This document shows positions 39,296 to 49,110 of a stretch of 64,000 bases of DNA, one piece after another. This DNA comes from Bacteroidota bacterium. Lineage in GTDB: Bacteria > Bacteroidota > Bacteroidia > Sphingobacteriales > Sphingobacteriaceae. Positions within the stretch are counted from its first letter, which is position 1. Each line of letters starts with the position of its first letter. The stretch covers positions 143,800 to 207,799 of the forward strand of contig JAZKBY010000014.1 in NCBI GenBank assembly GCA_040388395.1, given 5' to 3'. The notes beneath the pieces are model-generated. The model worked only from the letters and a program-made list of their open reading frames with translations, was not told where the DNA came from and did not search any database. The translations under genes were made by a program, and so were the position numbers.

Positions 39296-39742
39296 CTAAT
39301 CCTTCTTAATTTTCTTAAAAGAAACCACCTCAGGCTTTTTCCTTTTGGCAGATTTGTCAAACAGGTGGGCTACCTTGCCAAACAGGCCTTTGGCTTTATC
39401 CCAAACATTTTCTACAGAATCTTCTGAGATAAAGTGCGAAGCTTTTTGAGAAACCAAACCCACTAAAGCCTTAATTATAAAGTTTGAATTTCTGAACAGC
39501 GTTTTATTTAATGCAAATGGTATGGCAAAGCGCGATATCACGCCTAAAAAGTCCTGGTTAAATATGCCGCCGTCTTTGCTATCGTTCGGATCGCCTTTAA
39601 ATAAAGAAAATATGGTCGAAAATATTGCACCGGGGCCGCTAAAGTGGGCTCGTATTGCAGCACCTTTTTCGCGCTCCAAGCCCTTTAGCCGGTATATTTC
39701 GTTCTTCAGATCACTATGGCTTAAAATAGGCAGATCAGTCAT
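39296..39742 (-). CDS. Hypothetical protein
   Basis: 148 aa; overlaps the preceding gene's stop in an apparent operon. Confidence 0.75.
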   Translation of the reverse strand: MTDLPILSHSDLKNEIYRLKGLEREKGAAIRAHFSGPGAIFSTIFSLFKGDPNDSKDGGIFNQDFLGVISRFAIPFALNKTLFRNSNFIIKALVGLVSQKASHFISEDSVENVWDKAKGLFGKVAHLFDKSAKRKKPEVVSFKKIKKD

Positions 39743-40094
39743 TATCTCTGTTTTTAAAAATCTTTCTCACAAATGCGTTGGCAATTGGTTTTTCAATAGC
39801 TGCTTTATTTAGTTTAATTACCATAGCTATAACCAGGTAAAGTAATGCCACACAACCAAATCCTTCCCAGTACGACTGGAGCACCTCTGATAGATAGAAA
39901 GCTAATGTAAAGCTGGCAAATACAAAAGCCAATACCATACTTATAGCAACAACAACATCAGCAATGAAGCTGGCAAAAATTGCCGCCCCGCCATCAACGG
40001 CCTGGTACTTCGCCAACTTAAAGCGAATTTCGGCGTAATCTCTAAGCTGATCAAATAATGGTGGTTGTTGTTCTTTTTTGGCTTCTTCTTCCAT
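39735..40094 (-). CDS. Phage-holin-like/YqjE-type two-TM membrane protein
   Basis: L..Y.E.R..L.K motif followed by two TM helices. Confidence 0.75.
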   Translation of the reverse strand: MEEEAKKEQQPPLFDQLRDYAEIRFKLAKYQAVDGGAAIFASFIADVVVAISMVLAFVFASFTLAFYLSEVLQSYWEGFGCVALLYLVIAMVIKLNKAAIEKPIANAFVRKIFKNRDND

Positions 40095-40101
40095 GAGGTA
40101 G

Positions 40102-40178
40102 TTTTGAGTGGTGAGTTTTGAATAGTGAGTGATGAGTAAGCTATTTAACTTTTACTCAAAACTCACTACTCATCACTA
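40102..40178. repeat. Heptamer tandem-inverted micro-repeat (TNNTGAG)n
   Basis: Five direct units at 40102-40136 and three-plus inverted units at 40155-40178. Confidence 0.75.
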
Positions 40179-40181
40179 AAT

Positions 40182-40448
40182 TTATGCGTGTTCCAAATCG
40201 TCCTGGTACTCTTCTTCGGCACCTTTAATTTTTGATTTGATGTTGTCAACAACTTTGTCTTTAAAGCCAACAAGGTTATCAATTTCGGCTGCTGCGGTCT
40301 CTTTAATAGAGTCGCCCAGGTTTTTTAATGATTCGCTTAGTTTATCGCGGGTTTCTTCGCCTTTGTCCGGTGCAAATAAAATTCCTAATGCCGCTCCTGC
40401 CGCAAGTCCTGCAAGCAGGGCCACAACTACTTTTGTGTTATCATTCAT
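40182..40448 (-). CDS. YtxH-domain (gas vesicle-like/general stress) protein
   Basis: ALLAGLAAGAALGILFAPDKGEETR motif. Confidence 0.9.
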   Translation of the reverse strand: MNDNTKVVVALLAGLAAGAALGILFAPDKGEETRDKLSESLKNLGDSIKETAAAEIDNLVGFKDKVVDNIKSKIKGAEEEYQDDLEHA

Positions 40449-40605
40449 ATTAAATAAGTTTTTAAGTTGAACATTTGATTTATATAACGACTAAATATCT
40501 TGCCAAATATAGTTAATCCGATATTTTGTATTTGTTTAGCTGTAATTAATTAATTTTAAATTGCAATTGCCTTATAATTGTTCACAAAAGTGTTCAAACA
40601 CCAGG

Positions 40606-41649
40606 TCAGTTGTCCGGGCTTGATTGTATCCGGTCCAGCCTGTCGGCAGCCATTCTATTGGTTTCGTATATCTCTATCAGCAATAAAAAGTAAGATAGCA
40701 ATAATGGGCCAAAAACCAACCCGGTTATGCCAAATAAAGGCAAGCCTATAAATACACCTATAACAGATATTAACGGGTGAGTGTTTGCCACACGCTTATT
40801 AATTATCAATCGCAACGCATTATCGACATTGCCAATAAACAAAAGGCCGTAAGCCAGCAAAAGCACACCCTGTAAATTATGTCCGTCGGCAAATAGTAAA
40901 AGGCTGGCCGGGATACACAATGTTGGTGCACCTACTACCGGTAAAAACGAGATAAACGCCCCTATTACGCCCCAGAAAACCGGATCGGGAATACCAAAGA
41001 TCCAAAATCCGTTAGCTAATAAAGCGCCTTGCACAACGGCAATAATGCCCTGCCCCAACACATTCGAATAGGTAGAGTTTCGTAGCGCGACAGCAAATTT
41101 TATAGCATATTGTTCTCTGAAAGGTGCATAACGCAACATTGCCGCCTCAAACTCCTTTATCTGCACAAACATGAAGTATAAAAGGAAGTACAATACCAAC
41201 AGCGTTAATATAATATTTGCGGCACTGCCCAATAATGACGGAAAAAGATCGGTTACATATAGACCCAACTTTTGCAGTGTATTCTCCGCAAAATGAGGCT
41301 GATGAAAAGTTGAACCGGCAAAAGCATCAATTTTTATCACCAATTGCTGTACAGATGCCGGGTTGGAATTTACTTCGGCAATCTTGCCTATCACCATAAA
41401 ACTTAAAGTGATAAATGGCAGTATAATTACAGTAAGCGATAAAAAGATGATGATGAGTGCGGCAGCGGGCCTGTTCCACTCTTTTTTTTCGACCATATAC
41501 AGGTAAAAAGGCCTGAAAATGGTGAACAGCACGATAGCACCTAATATGGCACTGATAAGGCCGCTTAGCGCATATAATATAAAGCACCCCAGCACAATGA
41601 TGCTGACCAGTATAATATTATTACGCTGCTTATAGTTAAAAATTGACAT
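40606..41649 (-). CDS. AI-2E/PerM family transporter
   Basis: Multi-TM; QG....G, S..P.VG, G..DN..R and G..LFG..GLVFGP motifs. Confidence 0.88.
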   Translation of the reverse strand: MSIFNYKQRNNIILVSIIVLGCFILYALSGLISAILGAIVLFTIFRPFYLYMVEKKEWNRPAAALIIIFLSLTVIILPFITLSFMVIGKIAEVNSNPASVQQLVIKIDAFAGSTFHQPHFAENTLQKLGLYVTDLFPSLLGSAANIILTLLVLYFLLYFMFVQIKEFEAAMLRYAPFREQYAIKFAVALRNSTYSNVLGQGIIAVVQGALLANGFWIFGIPDPVFWGVIGAFISFLPVVGAPTLCIPASLLLFADGHNLQGVLLLAYGLLFIGNVDNALRLIINKRVANTHPLISVIGVFIGLPLFGITGLVFGPLLLSYFLLLIEIYETNRMAADRLDRIQSSPDN

Positions 41650-41697
41650 TTAGTGCTGTGTGTAACAACACTATAAACAAATAAGCGCCAAATAGTT

Positions 41698-41895
41698 TTA
41701 TTGGGGCTCTTTTAAAAGCTCATTTATTTTTCTGGCGCTGGTGTCAATGCTTTCGATACAGAACGTAAAATCTTCTGATGGGTTGGGTGTTTCGTACCTT
41801 AGGGTCTCTAAGGCCATATGGATATTTGAAAGCTGATTTTTAATATCATGCCTCAACCTGCTCATTGCTTCCGCATCAACCGATCCTCCGCTCAT
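41698..41895 (-). CDS. Stand-alone HisKA (DHp)-like mini-protein
   Basis: RLRHDIKNQLSNI H-box in 65 aa; directly downstream of the response regulator. Confidence 0.7.
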   Translation of the reverse strand: MSGGSVDAEAMSRLRHDIKNQLSNIHMALETLRYETPNPSEDFTFCIESIDTSARKINELLKEPQ

Positions 41896-41906
41896 ATACT
41901 GCTATT

Positions 41907-43355
41907 TTATTTCAGGTTGATAGCTTTCATCTTATTGTAAAGCGTTTTGCGGTCGATATTTAAAATTTCTGCAGCCCGGGTTTTATTAAAATTAACCTCG
42001 CGCAACACTCTTAAGATGGTTTCGTATTCGGCTTCTAAAGCAGCATTTTTAAGGTCATGACGCTGTTCTTTTACCTCGGGGCGTTGTTCTTGCTGTTGTG
42101 GTGCCTGGTAGTTGCCAGGTTGGCTATAGCCATTTTGCGGATTGCCATAATCAAACATCGGCATTTTATAGTTCGAGATCTCTAAAGGCAAGGCTTTGGT
42201 CGTTATTTCACTTCCCTCGCTAATTAAGGCCGCGCGCCTGACAATGTTCTTTAATTCGCGCACATTACCCTGCCAGCGGTAGTTCATAAAACACTCCACA
42301 ACTTCGGGCGAGAAGTGCGTTACATTGCGTTGCAGTTCCAGGTTGGCAGCTTGCAAAAAATGCTCGGCTAATAACATGATATCGCTGCCACGTTCGCGCA
42401 GTGGCGGCATGTAGATACTAAACTCGTTAAAACGGTGGTAAAGATCTTCCCTAAATTTGCCTTTGTTTATAGCATCAACCAGGTTCTCGTTGGTTGCTAC
42501 TATTATGCGCACATCAAGATCTATCTCTTTGGTGCTGCCTATTCTTTTTACTTTACGTTCCTGCACCGTTCTTAGCAAAGCAGCCTGGATCTCATATGAT
42601 AAGTTTCCAACCTCGTCTAAAAACAGGGTGCCGCCATTTGCCATTTCAAAATGGCCTATTTTGGTAGCGAACGCGCCGGTAAACGATCCTTTTTCATGCC
42701 CGAAAAACTCGCTGGCTGCTAATTCTTTTGTAAGCGATCCGCAATCCATCGCGATAAACGGCTGGCTGCTGCGATGGCTGTGCAGGTGGATACTTTTAGC
42801 AACTTCTTCCTTGCCCGATCCGCTCTCACCCAAAATAATAACGCTATAATTTGTTGGCGCAACCAACTCTATTTGCCTTGAAAGTTCTTTTGATGCACGG
42901 CTGGTACCAACTACTACGCCATCTGCCAGCGGGACTTGTTTTTTCCCCGCTTTACCAACCGGTGCAGGCTCGTTATCACCATCAATTAATGCTTGCCGCG
43001 TCTCTATAGCTTTGGTTATAGTATTTAATATTTCGTCGGGATATAAAGGCTTGCTGATATAGTCGTAAGCGCCCATTTTTATCAGCTCCACCGCCATCTT
43101 AATATCAGAGTAGCCGGTAATTATAATAACACCAGTGTTTGGATATTGGGTTTTTATTTTGCGCAGCATTTCGCGGCCATCTGTATCTTCAAGCCGGTAA
43201 TCGCATAGTACCAAGTCAAATTCTTCAGTTTTAAGCTGTTCTATCCCGCTATTGCCGCTGGAAGCGGTACGTACATCAAATCCGTTGCGTGTTAAAAATT
43301 TTGAGAGTAATAACGCAACATTTACTTCATCATCTATGATGAGGATTCTTTTCAT
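41907..43355 (-). CDS. NtrC-family sigma-54 response regulator (REC-AAA+-HTH)
   Basis: LCDYRL receiver; GESGSGKE, FGHEKGSFTGA, LFLDEV, FREDLYHR, W.GNVREL and NKT.AA.IL.I.RKTLYNK motifs. Confidence 0.95.
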   Translation of the reverse strand: MKRILIIDDEVNVALLLSKFLTRNGFDVRTASSGNSGIEQLKTEEFDLVLCDYRLEDTDGREMLRKIKTQYPNTGVIIITGYSDIKMAVELIKMGAYDYISKPLYPDEILNTITKAIETRQALIDGDNEPAPVGKAGKKQVPLADGVVVGTSRASKELSRQIELVAPTNYSVIILGESGSGKEEVAKSIHLHSHRSSQPFIAMDCGSLTKELAASEFFGHEKGSFTGAFATKIGHFEMANGGTLFLDEVGNLSYEIQAALLRTVQERKVKRIGSTKEIDLDVRIIVATNENLVDAINKGKFREDLYHRFNEFSIYMPPLRERGSDIMLLAEHFLQAANLELQRNVTHFSPEVVECFMNYRWQGNVRELKNIVRRAALISEGSEITTKALPLEISNYKMPMFDYGNPQNGYSQPGNYQAPQQQEQRPEVKEQRHDLKNAALEAEYETILRVLREVNFNKTRAAEILNIDRKTLYNKMKAINLK

Positions 43356-43485
43356 ATCAGAAATTTCGGTTAACTGGTAACGTATTAAGCCGTTAAGTTA
43401 CACAAAAATGATAACTTCAATAATTTTTTGTACAGTAATAAGGCATTAGGCCCAATTTTTTGCGATAAATTGGCGGCAGCTATTG

Positions 43486-44112
43486 CTACTTTAAATTAAA
43501 CGCGTAAGCAACATGCAATGCCCAAAACGTATTGGTGTTATTGGCATTATAAAAACTGGCAGTGTTCTCTATACGGATGCCACCATCAATATAGGTATGA
43601 CGTTTTTTAAGTGGTAATACTAAACCAAGTCCCGGCGCCCAGGTAAATGAATTGGTGTAAGTTGCATATACATCAGCTTTATTTGCTATCAGGGTTTCGC
43701 CAACTTCTCCCTGTACATAAAAACGATCTCCACCTATAAAAGCCTTCAAACCTATTTTTAAAGGGATAACATTAAAATTAGGCAAATTGATACCACTTAT
43801 GGCTTGCTGACTGTATTGCGCTTTACTGTTTGCAAAAAAGCTGGTGTAACCAGCGCTTACAGTAGCACCCAATCTGAATATTACAGGTATATCAACTCTT
43901 AATGAAACACCTGCGCCATAGGTATATGCAGCGGCAGCCGTACCGCTCGAAGGCGCAATTACACCTGTGCCAAAATTGGTAGTGGTTGTTGAGGCTATTT
44001 CTGCGCCAATACCAATACGCAAGCTATCCGGCACATTTAACTGTGCTTTAGCGGCAGTAGTAAAGCATATAAAAAGTAGAGCGTAAATAAGCGTTTTAAG
44101 AGTAATTTTCAT
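43486..44112 (-). CDS. Small outer-membrane beta-barrel-like protein
   Basis: Signal peptide, alternating beta strands, C-terminal ...VAYAFNLK; paralog of 44351-44935. Confidence 0.7.
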   Translation of the reverse strand: MKITLKTLIYALLFICFTTAAKAQLNVPDSLRIGIGAEIASTTTTNFGTGVIAPSSGTAAAAYTYGAGVSLRVDIPVIFRLGATVSAGYTSFFANSKAQYSQQAISGINLPNFNVIPLKIGLKAFIGGDRFYVQGEVGETLIANKADVYATYTNSFTWAPGLGLVLPLKKRHTYIDGGIRIENTASFYNANNTNTFWALHVAYAFNLK

Positions 44113-44291
44113 GTTATAGTTTCAATATTTAGTATGTTAAAACGCATATCGGTTTAACAATGTATAGGTTACCTAAGTTTACCGGTAACTATTATTTGTG
44201 CAAAGCTAATATCCGTTTTCAATAACCTGTTATAAATAGATGTAAAAAAATGTTAAATTTTAATAACTAAGGCCATTACCCCGATAAAATA

Positions 44292-44320
44292 AAAAAGCGC
44301 CCCGGTTAAAGGGCGCTTTT
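44292..44320 (-). terminator. Terminator after the OMP gene
   Basis: aaaaaagcgccc-ggttaaa-gggcgctttt. Confidence 0.7.
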
Positions 44321-44350
44321 CGCTTCATAGGTAATTGTAGGTATACTTTT

Positions 44351-44935
44351 TTAGAACCCGTAAGCAACGCGTAAGCCAACAAAGTTTACTTTGCTGTCGT
44401 CAACGGCGCTTTTTAATTTGGTGCTTGCTTCGTAACGCACGCCGGCATCAATATAGTTGCTGCCGCCTAATGCAAATTGGTAGCCAATTTGTGGTGCGTA
44501 GATAAATGCTGTGCTGTTATCGGCACCGATTTTTGTTTTGTTTAATACAAATGCTGCACCGGCTTCTCCCTGGATATAAAAGTTCTGAACCGGGAAGTAT
44601 TTTAAACCGGCCTTAACAGGCAGTAACTGTATATCGGTTGCTTTTACAGTGGCTGCACCAACGGTTACATCTTTACCAAAAATGTTGTTGTAACCCGCGT
44701 TAACAGTAACAAATAATTGAGATGCAACAGGGATATCAGCTTGTAACGAACCGCCAAGGTTCCAGTTGTAACTGTCAGATAATTTTCCTGTAGGGATACC
44801 GGCATCAACGCCGATGCTGTAGCGAATGCCACTTGTTGTTGTTTTGGTAGATGTAGGGTTGGTTTGTGCTTTAGCGCTTAGGGTAAAACCTGCCAATGCT
44901 AAAACAAGTGCTGTGATTTTTAATGTACTTTTCAT
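44351..44935 (-). CDS. Small outer-membrane beta-barrel protein
   Basis: Signal peptide; T.NAGY, PVKAG.KY, YIQGEAG and APQIGY motifs; terminal Phe (RVAYGF). Confidence 0.8.
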   Translation of the reverse strand: MKSTLKITALVLALAGFTLSAKAQTNPTSTKTTTSGIRYSIGVDAGIPTGKLSDSYNWNLGGSLQADIPVASQLFVTVNAGYNNIFGKDVTVGAATVKATDIQLLPVKAGLKYFPVQNFYIQGEAGAAFVLNKTKIGADNSTAFIYAPQIGYQFALGGSNYIDAGVRYEASTKLKSAVDDSKVNFVGLRVAYGF

Positions 44936-45108
44936 GGTTATGTGTTATTAAATTGTTGTGTGTGTTGTTTAACACGGCAGCAAAGTAACAGCACAAATCA
45001 GATACGTTTTTTCATCCAAATGTCATGATTATTCAATCGATTGATTAACAGTGATTTATTTTTTGACTATCCGGGTAATTTGGTCAGGCGAATGTAATAA
45101 AAGTGGGT

Positions 45109-45891
45109 TTATTTACCTTTAAAGGCAGGTTTTCGTTTTTCAAGGAAGGCTGAAACACCCTCTTTAAAGTCGGTAGTACCAAAACATTTGGCAAATTCTT
45201 CCATTTCAGTTTCAAAGCCATTGCCTTCATTTCGGGTAGCCGCATTAACTGCGGTAATAGCCCCCGCGATAGCTAACGGGGCTTTTAATAATATTTTATT
45301 AAGGATCTCCTCGGCTTTGCTTAATAAGCCATCCTGGCTAACCACATAGTTAACCAAACCCAACTGGTAAGCTTCGGCGGCGGTTATCATATCGGCGGTC
45401 ATTATCAATTCTAAAGCTTTGCCTTTGCCAACTAAACGGGTTAAGCGTTGCGTACCACCATAGCCTGGGATAAGGCCAAGTGTTACTTCGGGAAGCCCCA
45501 TTTTGGCATTGTCAGACGCTACCCGAATGTGGCAAGCCATAGCCAACTCCAGGCCACCGCCTAAGGCAAAGCCGTTTATGGCAGCTATAATGGGTTTGCC
45601 AAAATCTTCTATCAGGTTAAAAATGTTTTTTTGATTTTCATGCGCCAATTGCAGGCCGGCCTTCATGCTCAGGCCAACAAATTCGGCAATATCGGCGCCG
45701 GCAACAAAGGCTTTGGCACCTGCACCGGTTATTATTATACCGCCAACTTCGGCATTGTATAGCGCATCGCCTAAGGCAATGTGCAGCTCATATAAAGTAT
45801 CTTTATTTAACGCGTTTAATTTGCTTTCGCGATTAATGACGATATATTGAATGCGCCCTTTGTTTTCGATAAGTAGATTTTGGTAGACCAT
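45109..45891 (-). CDS. Enoyl-CoA hydratase/isomerase (crotonase)
   Basis: AFVAGADI, AAINGFALGGGLELA.ACH and GLPE..LG..PG.GGTQRL motifs. Confidence 0.93.
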   Translation of the reverse strand: MVYQNLLIENKGRIQYIVINRESKLNALNKDTLYELHIALGDALYNAEVGGIIITGAGAKAFVAGADIAEFVGLSMKAGLQLAHENQKNIFNLIEDFGKPIIAAINGFALGGGLELAMACHIRVASDNAKMGLPEVTLGLIPGYGGTQRLTRLVGKGKALELIMTADMITAAEAYQLGLVNYVVSQDGLLSKAEEILNKILLKAPLAIAGAITAVNAATRNEGNGFETEMEEFAKCFGTTDFKEGVSAFLEKRKPAFKGK

Positions 45892-45900
45892 AACGCAAAG

Positions 45901-46323
45901 TTAAAAATTACGATGCTCATGCACCCAACCGGTAATATATTTTACAATATCCTGTGTACTTGTGCCCGGCGGAAAGAGTTCGCCAACGCCCATTTGCTTC
46001 AAGGTGTTCATATCATCCTCGGGGATAATGCCGCCACCGGTAACCAGCACATCATCCATACCTTTATCTTTTATCAGCTTTAAGATCTTGGGGAAAACCG
46101 TCATATGCGCGCCTGATAGGATAGAAATGCCGATAGCGTCCACATCTTCCTGCAAAGCGGTGTTTACCACCATCTCGGGCGTTTGGCGCAGGCCGGTATA
46201 TATTACTTCCATACCCGCATCGCGTAGCGAAGTAGCAATAATGCGTGCGCCACGGTCATGCCCGTCAAGGCCAACTTTGGCAACTAAAACACGAATGGGG
46301 CGGTTAAAGGGTTTGGTAGTCAT
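45901..46323 (-). CDS. Stand-alone cobalamin-binding subunit of an acyl-CoA mutase
   Basis: [26 protein letters not shown] and GGII motifs. Confidence 0.93.
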   Translation of the reverse strand: MTTKPFNRPIRVLVAKVGLDGHDRGARIIATSLRDAGMEVIYTGLRQTPEMVVNTALQEDVDAIGISILSGAHMTVFPKILKLIKDKGMDDVLVTGGGIIPEDDMNTLKQMGVGELFPPGTSTQDIVKYITGWVHEHRNF

Positions 46324-46475
46324 TTTGCTTTTGCGTGATGCAAGATAGCAAATTACACCCAAGTGGTCAATTAACGATTGATTTGCTTAGGCGGCTATCC
46401 TTTTGTCAACAGTATTTGTAAATTTTTTAAAATGTTTTCCGCGCACAATCGTCTCCATTAATAATAACACGAAAG

Positions 46476-47618
46476 ATGAGAAACATCCAGGACAAAAAAA
46501 TAGCGATAGTAGGCGGCGGACCGGGTGGCCTAACCCTTGCCCGGCTTTTACAAATGAACGGCGCCGATGTAAATGTTTACGAGCGCGACGAACATGCCGA
46601 TGCACGCCCCAAAGGCGCAACGTTGGATCTGCATGATGAGTCAGGCTTGCGCGCGTTGCGTGAAGCCGGGTTAATGGACGAGTTTAATGCCAACTATCGC
46701 CCGGGAGCCGACAGGATGCACCTAATGGATATGTACGCCAAATCCATTTTGGAAGAAGATGTAAATGGCGAAGGCGAAAATGCCCGGCCAGAGATAGATC
46801 GCGGTCCGCTACAGCAAATCCTGCTGGAATCATTACAACCCGGTACAGTGGTTTGGGACAGCCATTTTGTAACCATGAACCAACAGAATGGTGTTTGGAA
46901 GCTGGAGTTTAACAACGGTACCGAGGCATTTGCCGATATTGTTATTGCTGCGGATGGAGCTAACTCTAAGATCCGCCCTTATCTTACAGATATTAAGCCG
47001 TTCTATTCGGGAGTTACAGCGATAGAGGGTGCGGTATATGATTCGGCAATAAACGCGCCCAATATTCACAAGCTGTTAAACGGCGGTAAGATCTTCGCCT
47101 TTGGCGATAGCAAAAGTTTAATAGTTGGTGCCAAAGGCGATGGCAGCCTGGTGTTTTATCCCAGCTTTAATATCGACGAAAAATGGGTAAAACAAAGCGG
47201 ACTTGATTTTAACGATAAAGACCAAATCACCGACTGGTTTAAGTGTACTTATGCAGGTTGGGATAATGTTTGGCTTGAACTTTTTGAAAACGCTACCGGC
47301 CAGTTTATTCCCCGCCCATTGTATTGCATGCCTTTCGACCAAACCTGGGAAGCACAACCCAATCTAACTATGCTTGGCGATGCTGCCCACCTGATGCCGC
47401 CATTTGCCGGTGAAGGCGTAAATATGGCGATGCTGGATGCAGTTGAACTGAGCCATTGTTTGTTGGAGGATAATTACGCTGATACACATGAGGCAATTGC
47501 TGCGTTTGAACAACAAATGCGTGTCAGAGCAGCAGAAACAGCGGCAGATACGATGGTGTCAACGGACGCGCTGCATTCGCCGGATGCTATTGGGTTTATG
47601 ATGAGTATTGGTGGATAA
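46476..47618 (+). CDS. FAD-dependent monooxygenase, Tet(X)-like
   Basis: IAIVGGGPGGLT.A.LLQ.NG.DV.VYERD, TLDLH..SG, PEI.R..L, AD.VI.ADG and GDAAHLMPPFAG.GVN motifs shared with the Tet(X) family. Confidence 0.85.
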   Translation: MRNIQDKKIAIVGGGPGGLTLARLLQMNGADVNVYERDEHADARPKGATLDLHDESGLRALREAGLMDEFNANYRPGADRMHLMDMYAKSILEEDVNGEGENARPEIDRGPLQQILLESLQPGTVVWDSHFVTMNQQNGVWKLEFNNGTEAFADIVIAADGANSKIRPYLTDIKPFYSGVTAIEGAVYDSAINAPNIHKLLNGGKIFAFGDSKSLIVGAKGDGSLVFYPSFNIDEKWVKQSGLDFNDKDQITDWFKCTYAGWDNVWLELFENATGQFIPRPLYCMPFDQTWEAQPNLTMLGDAAHLMPPFAGEGVNMAMLDAVELSHCLLEDNYADTHEAIAAFEQQMRVRAAETAADTMVSTDALHSPDAIGFMMSIGG

Positions 47619-47619
47619 G

Positions 47620-48996
47620 TTATTGTTTCAATATACCTTTTACTTTTATATCGTTATCTATCCATTCGCGCTCGAAATCCCTGGTGCTTAAATAATCATT
47701 AATGGTATAAGCAATAGGTACATCGGGCATTACGCCACGCCCATTTTGTTTTACTTGAGATGTTACTGTAGACTGGCAAAGCCCAAATCTAAAATACAAA
47801 TTACTGTTGGGCAGGAGGGCCTCATGATATACCCCGGCAATACAGCCGTTGCGCCCACCCCCGGTTTCTTCTCCTACTAAAACGGCGCGGTTAGTGGCTT
47901 GCAAATTAGCCGCGAGTAAAGCCGCTGCCGAAAAGGTAACGCCATTTATCATGACATAGACCTTTCCATCAAAATGGTTGCTATCGGGTAGTATCGGTGT
48001 TTTAGTGCCGTAATCCATCGATCTTGCTATTGCTTTTTGCGTAATGTTTAATACGCCCATTTTTATATTACTAAAATAAGCAGGCTTGTTTATAAGATGC
48101 CCATAAAGCTTAACCATTTGTATGTAGTCGCCGCCCATGTTATTTCGCAGATCAATTACCAGGTATTTAACACCCTGTTCTTTAATCGTTTTAAAAAGAT
48201 TAACAAATGGGTCAGATGCGTTAACAAACCCTGATACCATAATACAGGCGGTGCGCTCCCTGCTAAGTATATAGTAGGAACTTGTTATGACCCCATTAGC
48301 GTCGGATTTTGGTTTGGGCCTTGTGTGAACCGATAATTTGCAGGTTTTTATGCTGCCATGTTGCTTTACAGTAAAGGTTAGTTGCTCTTTTAACCCATAC
48401 GTGAAATAATAGCGGGAGGGAAAATCATTTAAGTTTAACCGCCCAATTTTATAAGTTTGATTATAGCCATCTGACGGCCACTCGTCCGAAAAGTTTTTAA
48501 TAAGCTCAGCGGCGGGCTTATTATCGATCGAAAGAATTTCCGCACCGGGCAATATGGTATTATCTCCCGACTTGTTTTTTAAAACGTACAGTTTGCCATT
48601 TATGATCTTATATGCCAGCTGCTGTATGGGATATGCTTTGTCACCATTAAAAAACAGCATATCAGCTGGCGGGATCTTCGGCTCATTCAATAATAAAGAT
48701 ATATGCCCATCGCCAATACTTGACAAAACGTAGAGTAGCTTAATTCTAAATTGAGGTGCAGTTAAAGGGGTGTTGATGGTGTTTTTAAGACTATCAAACT
48801 TATAATCAAGCTTGGCCCTGCTTATATACCAATATAGATTGGGCTGCTTTTTTGTAAGCGAATCGCGTACATAATCAATATCCTGCCGTAACTGCTGTGG
48901 CGTAAAGGTTTTAACAAAAATGCTGTTGCTGTTTTGTACTTTACCCTTGTGGCAGCAAGTTAACAATAACAGGATGATAAGGTAATAATGTTTCAA
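47620..48996 (-). CDS. S41-family peptidase, probable lipoprotein (copy 1)
   Basis: H/Q.PNLY.Y, DGH, IDLRNNMGG, TFSAA, GEETGG and GRGV.PD motifs; TTG start; Cys after the hydrophobic leader. Confidence 0.85.
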   Translation of the reverse strand: MKHYYLIILLLLTCCHKGKVQNSNSIFVKTFTPQQLRQDIDYVRDSLTKKQPNLYWYISRAKLDYKFDSLKNTINTPLTAPQFRIKLLYVLSSIGDGHISLLLNEPKIPPADMLFFNGDKAYPIQQLAYKIINGKLYVLKNKSGDNTILPGAEILSIDNKPAAELIKNFSDEWPSDGYNQTYKIGRLNLNDFPSRYYFTYGLKEQLTFTVKQHGSIKTCKLSVHTRPKPKSDANGVITSSYYILSRERTACIMVSGFVNASDPFVNLFKTIKEQGVKYLVIDLRNNMGGDYIQMVKLYGHLINKPAYFSNIKMGVLNITQKAIARSMDYGTKTPILPDSNHFDGKVYVMINGVTFSAAALLAANLQATNRAVLVGEETGGGRNGCIAGVYHEALLPNSNLYFRFGLCQSTVTSQVKQNGRGVMPDVPIAYTINDYLSTRDFEREWIDNDIKVKGILKQ

Positions 48997-49110
48997 AGGT
49001 TATAGTTTGGTTGCCCTAATATAGCTAATATATTACTTACAGAAATATAATTCTTGCCGAAGGCCATTGGGTTTATGATGAGTATGAGTAGGTTGTAAAT
49101 TTAGCAACAG

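Noticed and set aside
39735-40094. Prophage remnant suggested by the holin-like protein
   Set aside because: No other phage genes; it sits in a ytxH stress-type operon typical of the chromosome.
45033-45044. 12-bp palindrome tcaatcgattga upstream of the OMP gene
   Set aside because: Short enough to arise by chance in AT-rich DNA, with no second copy or adjacent regulator.
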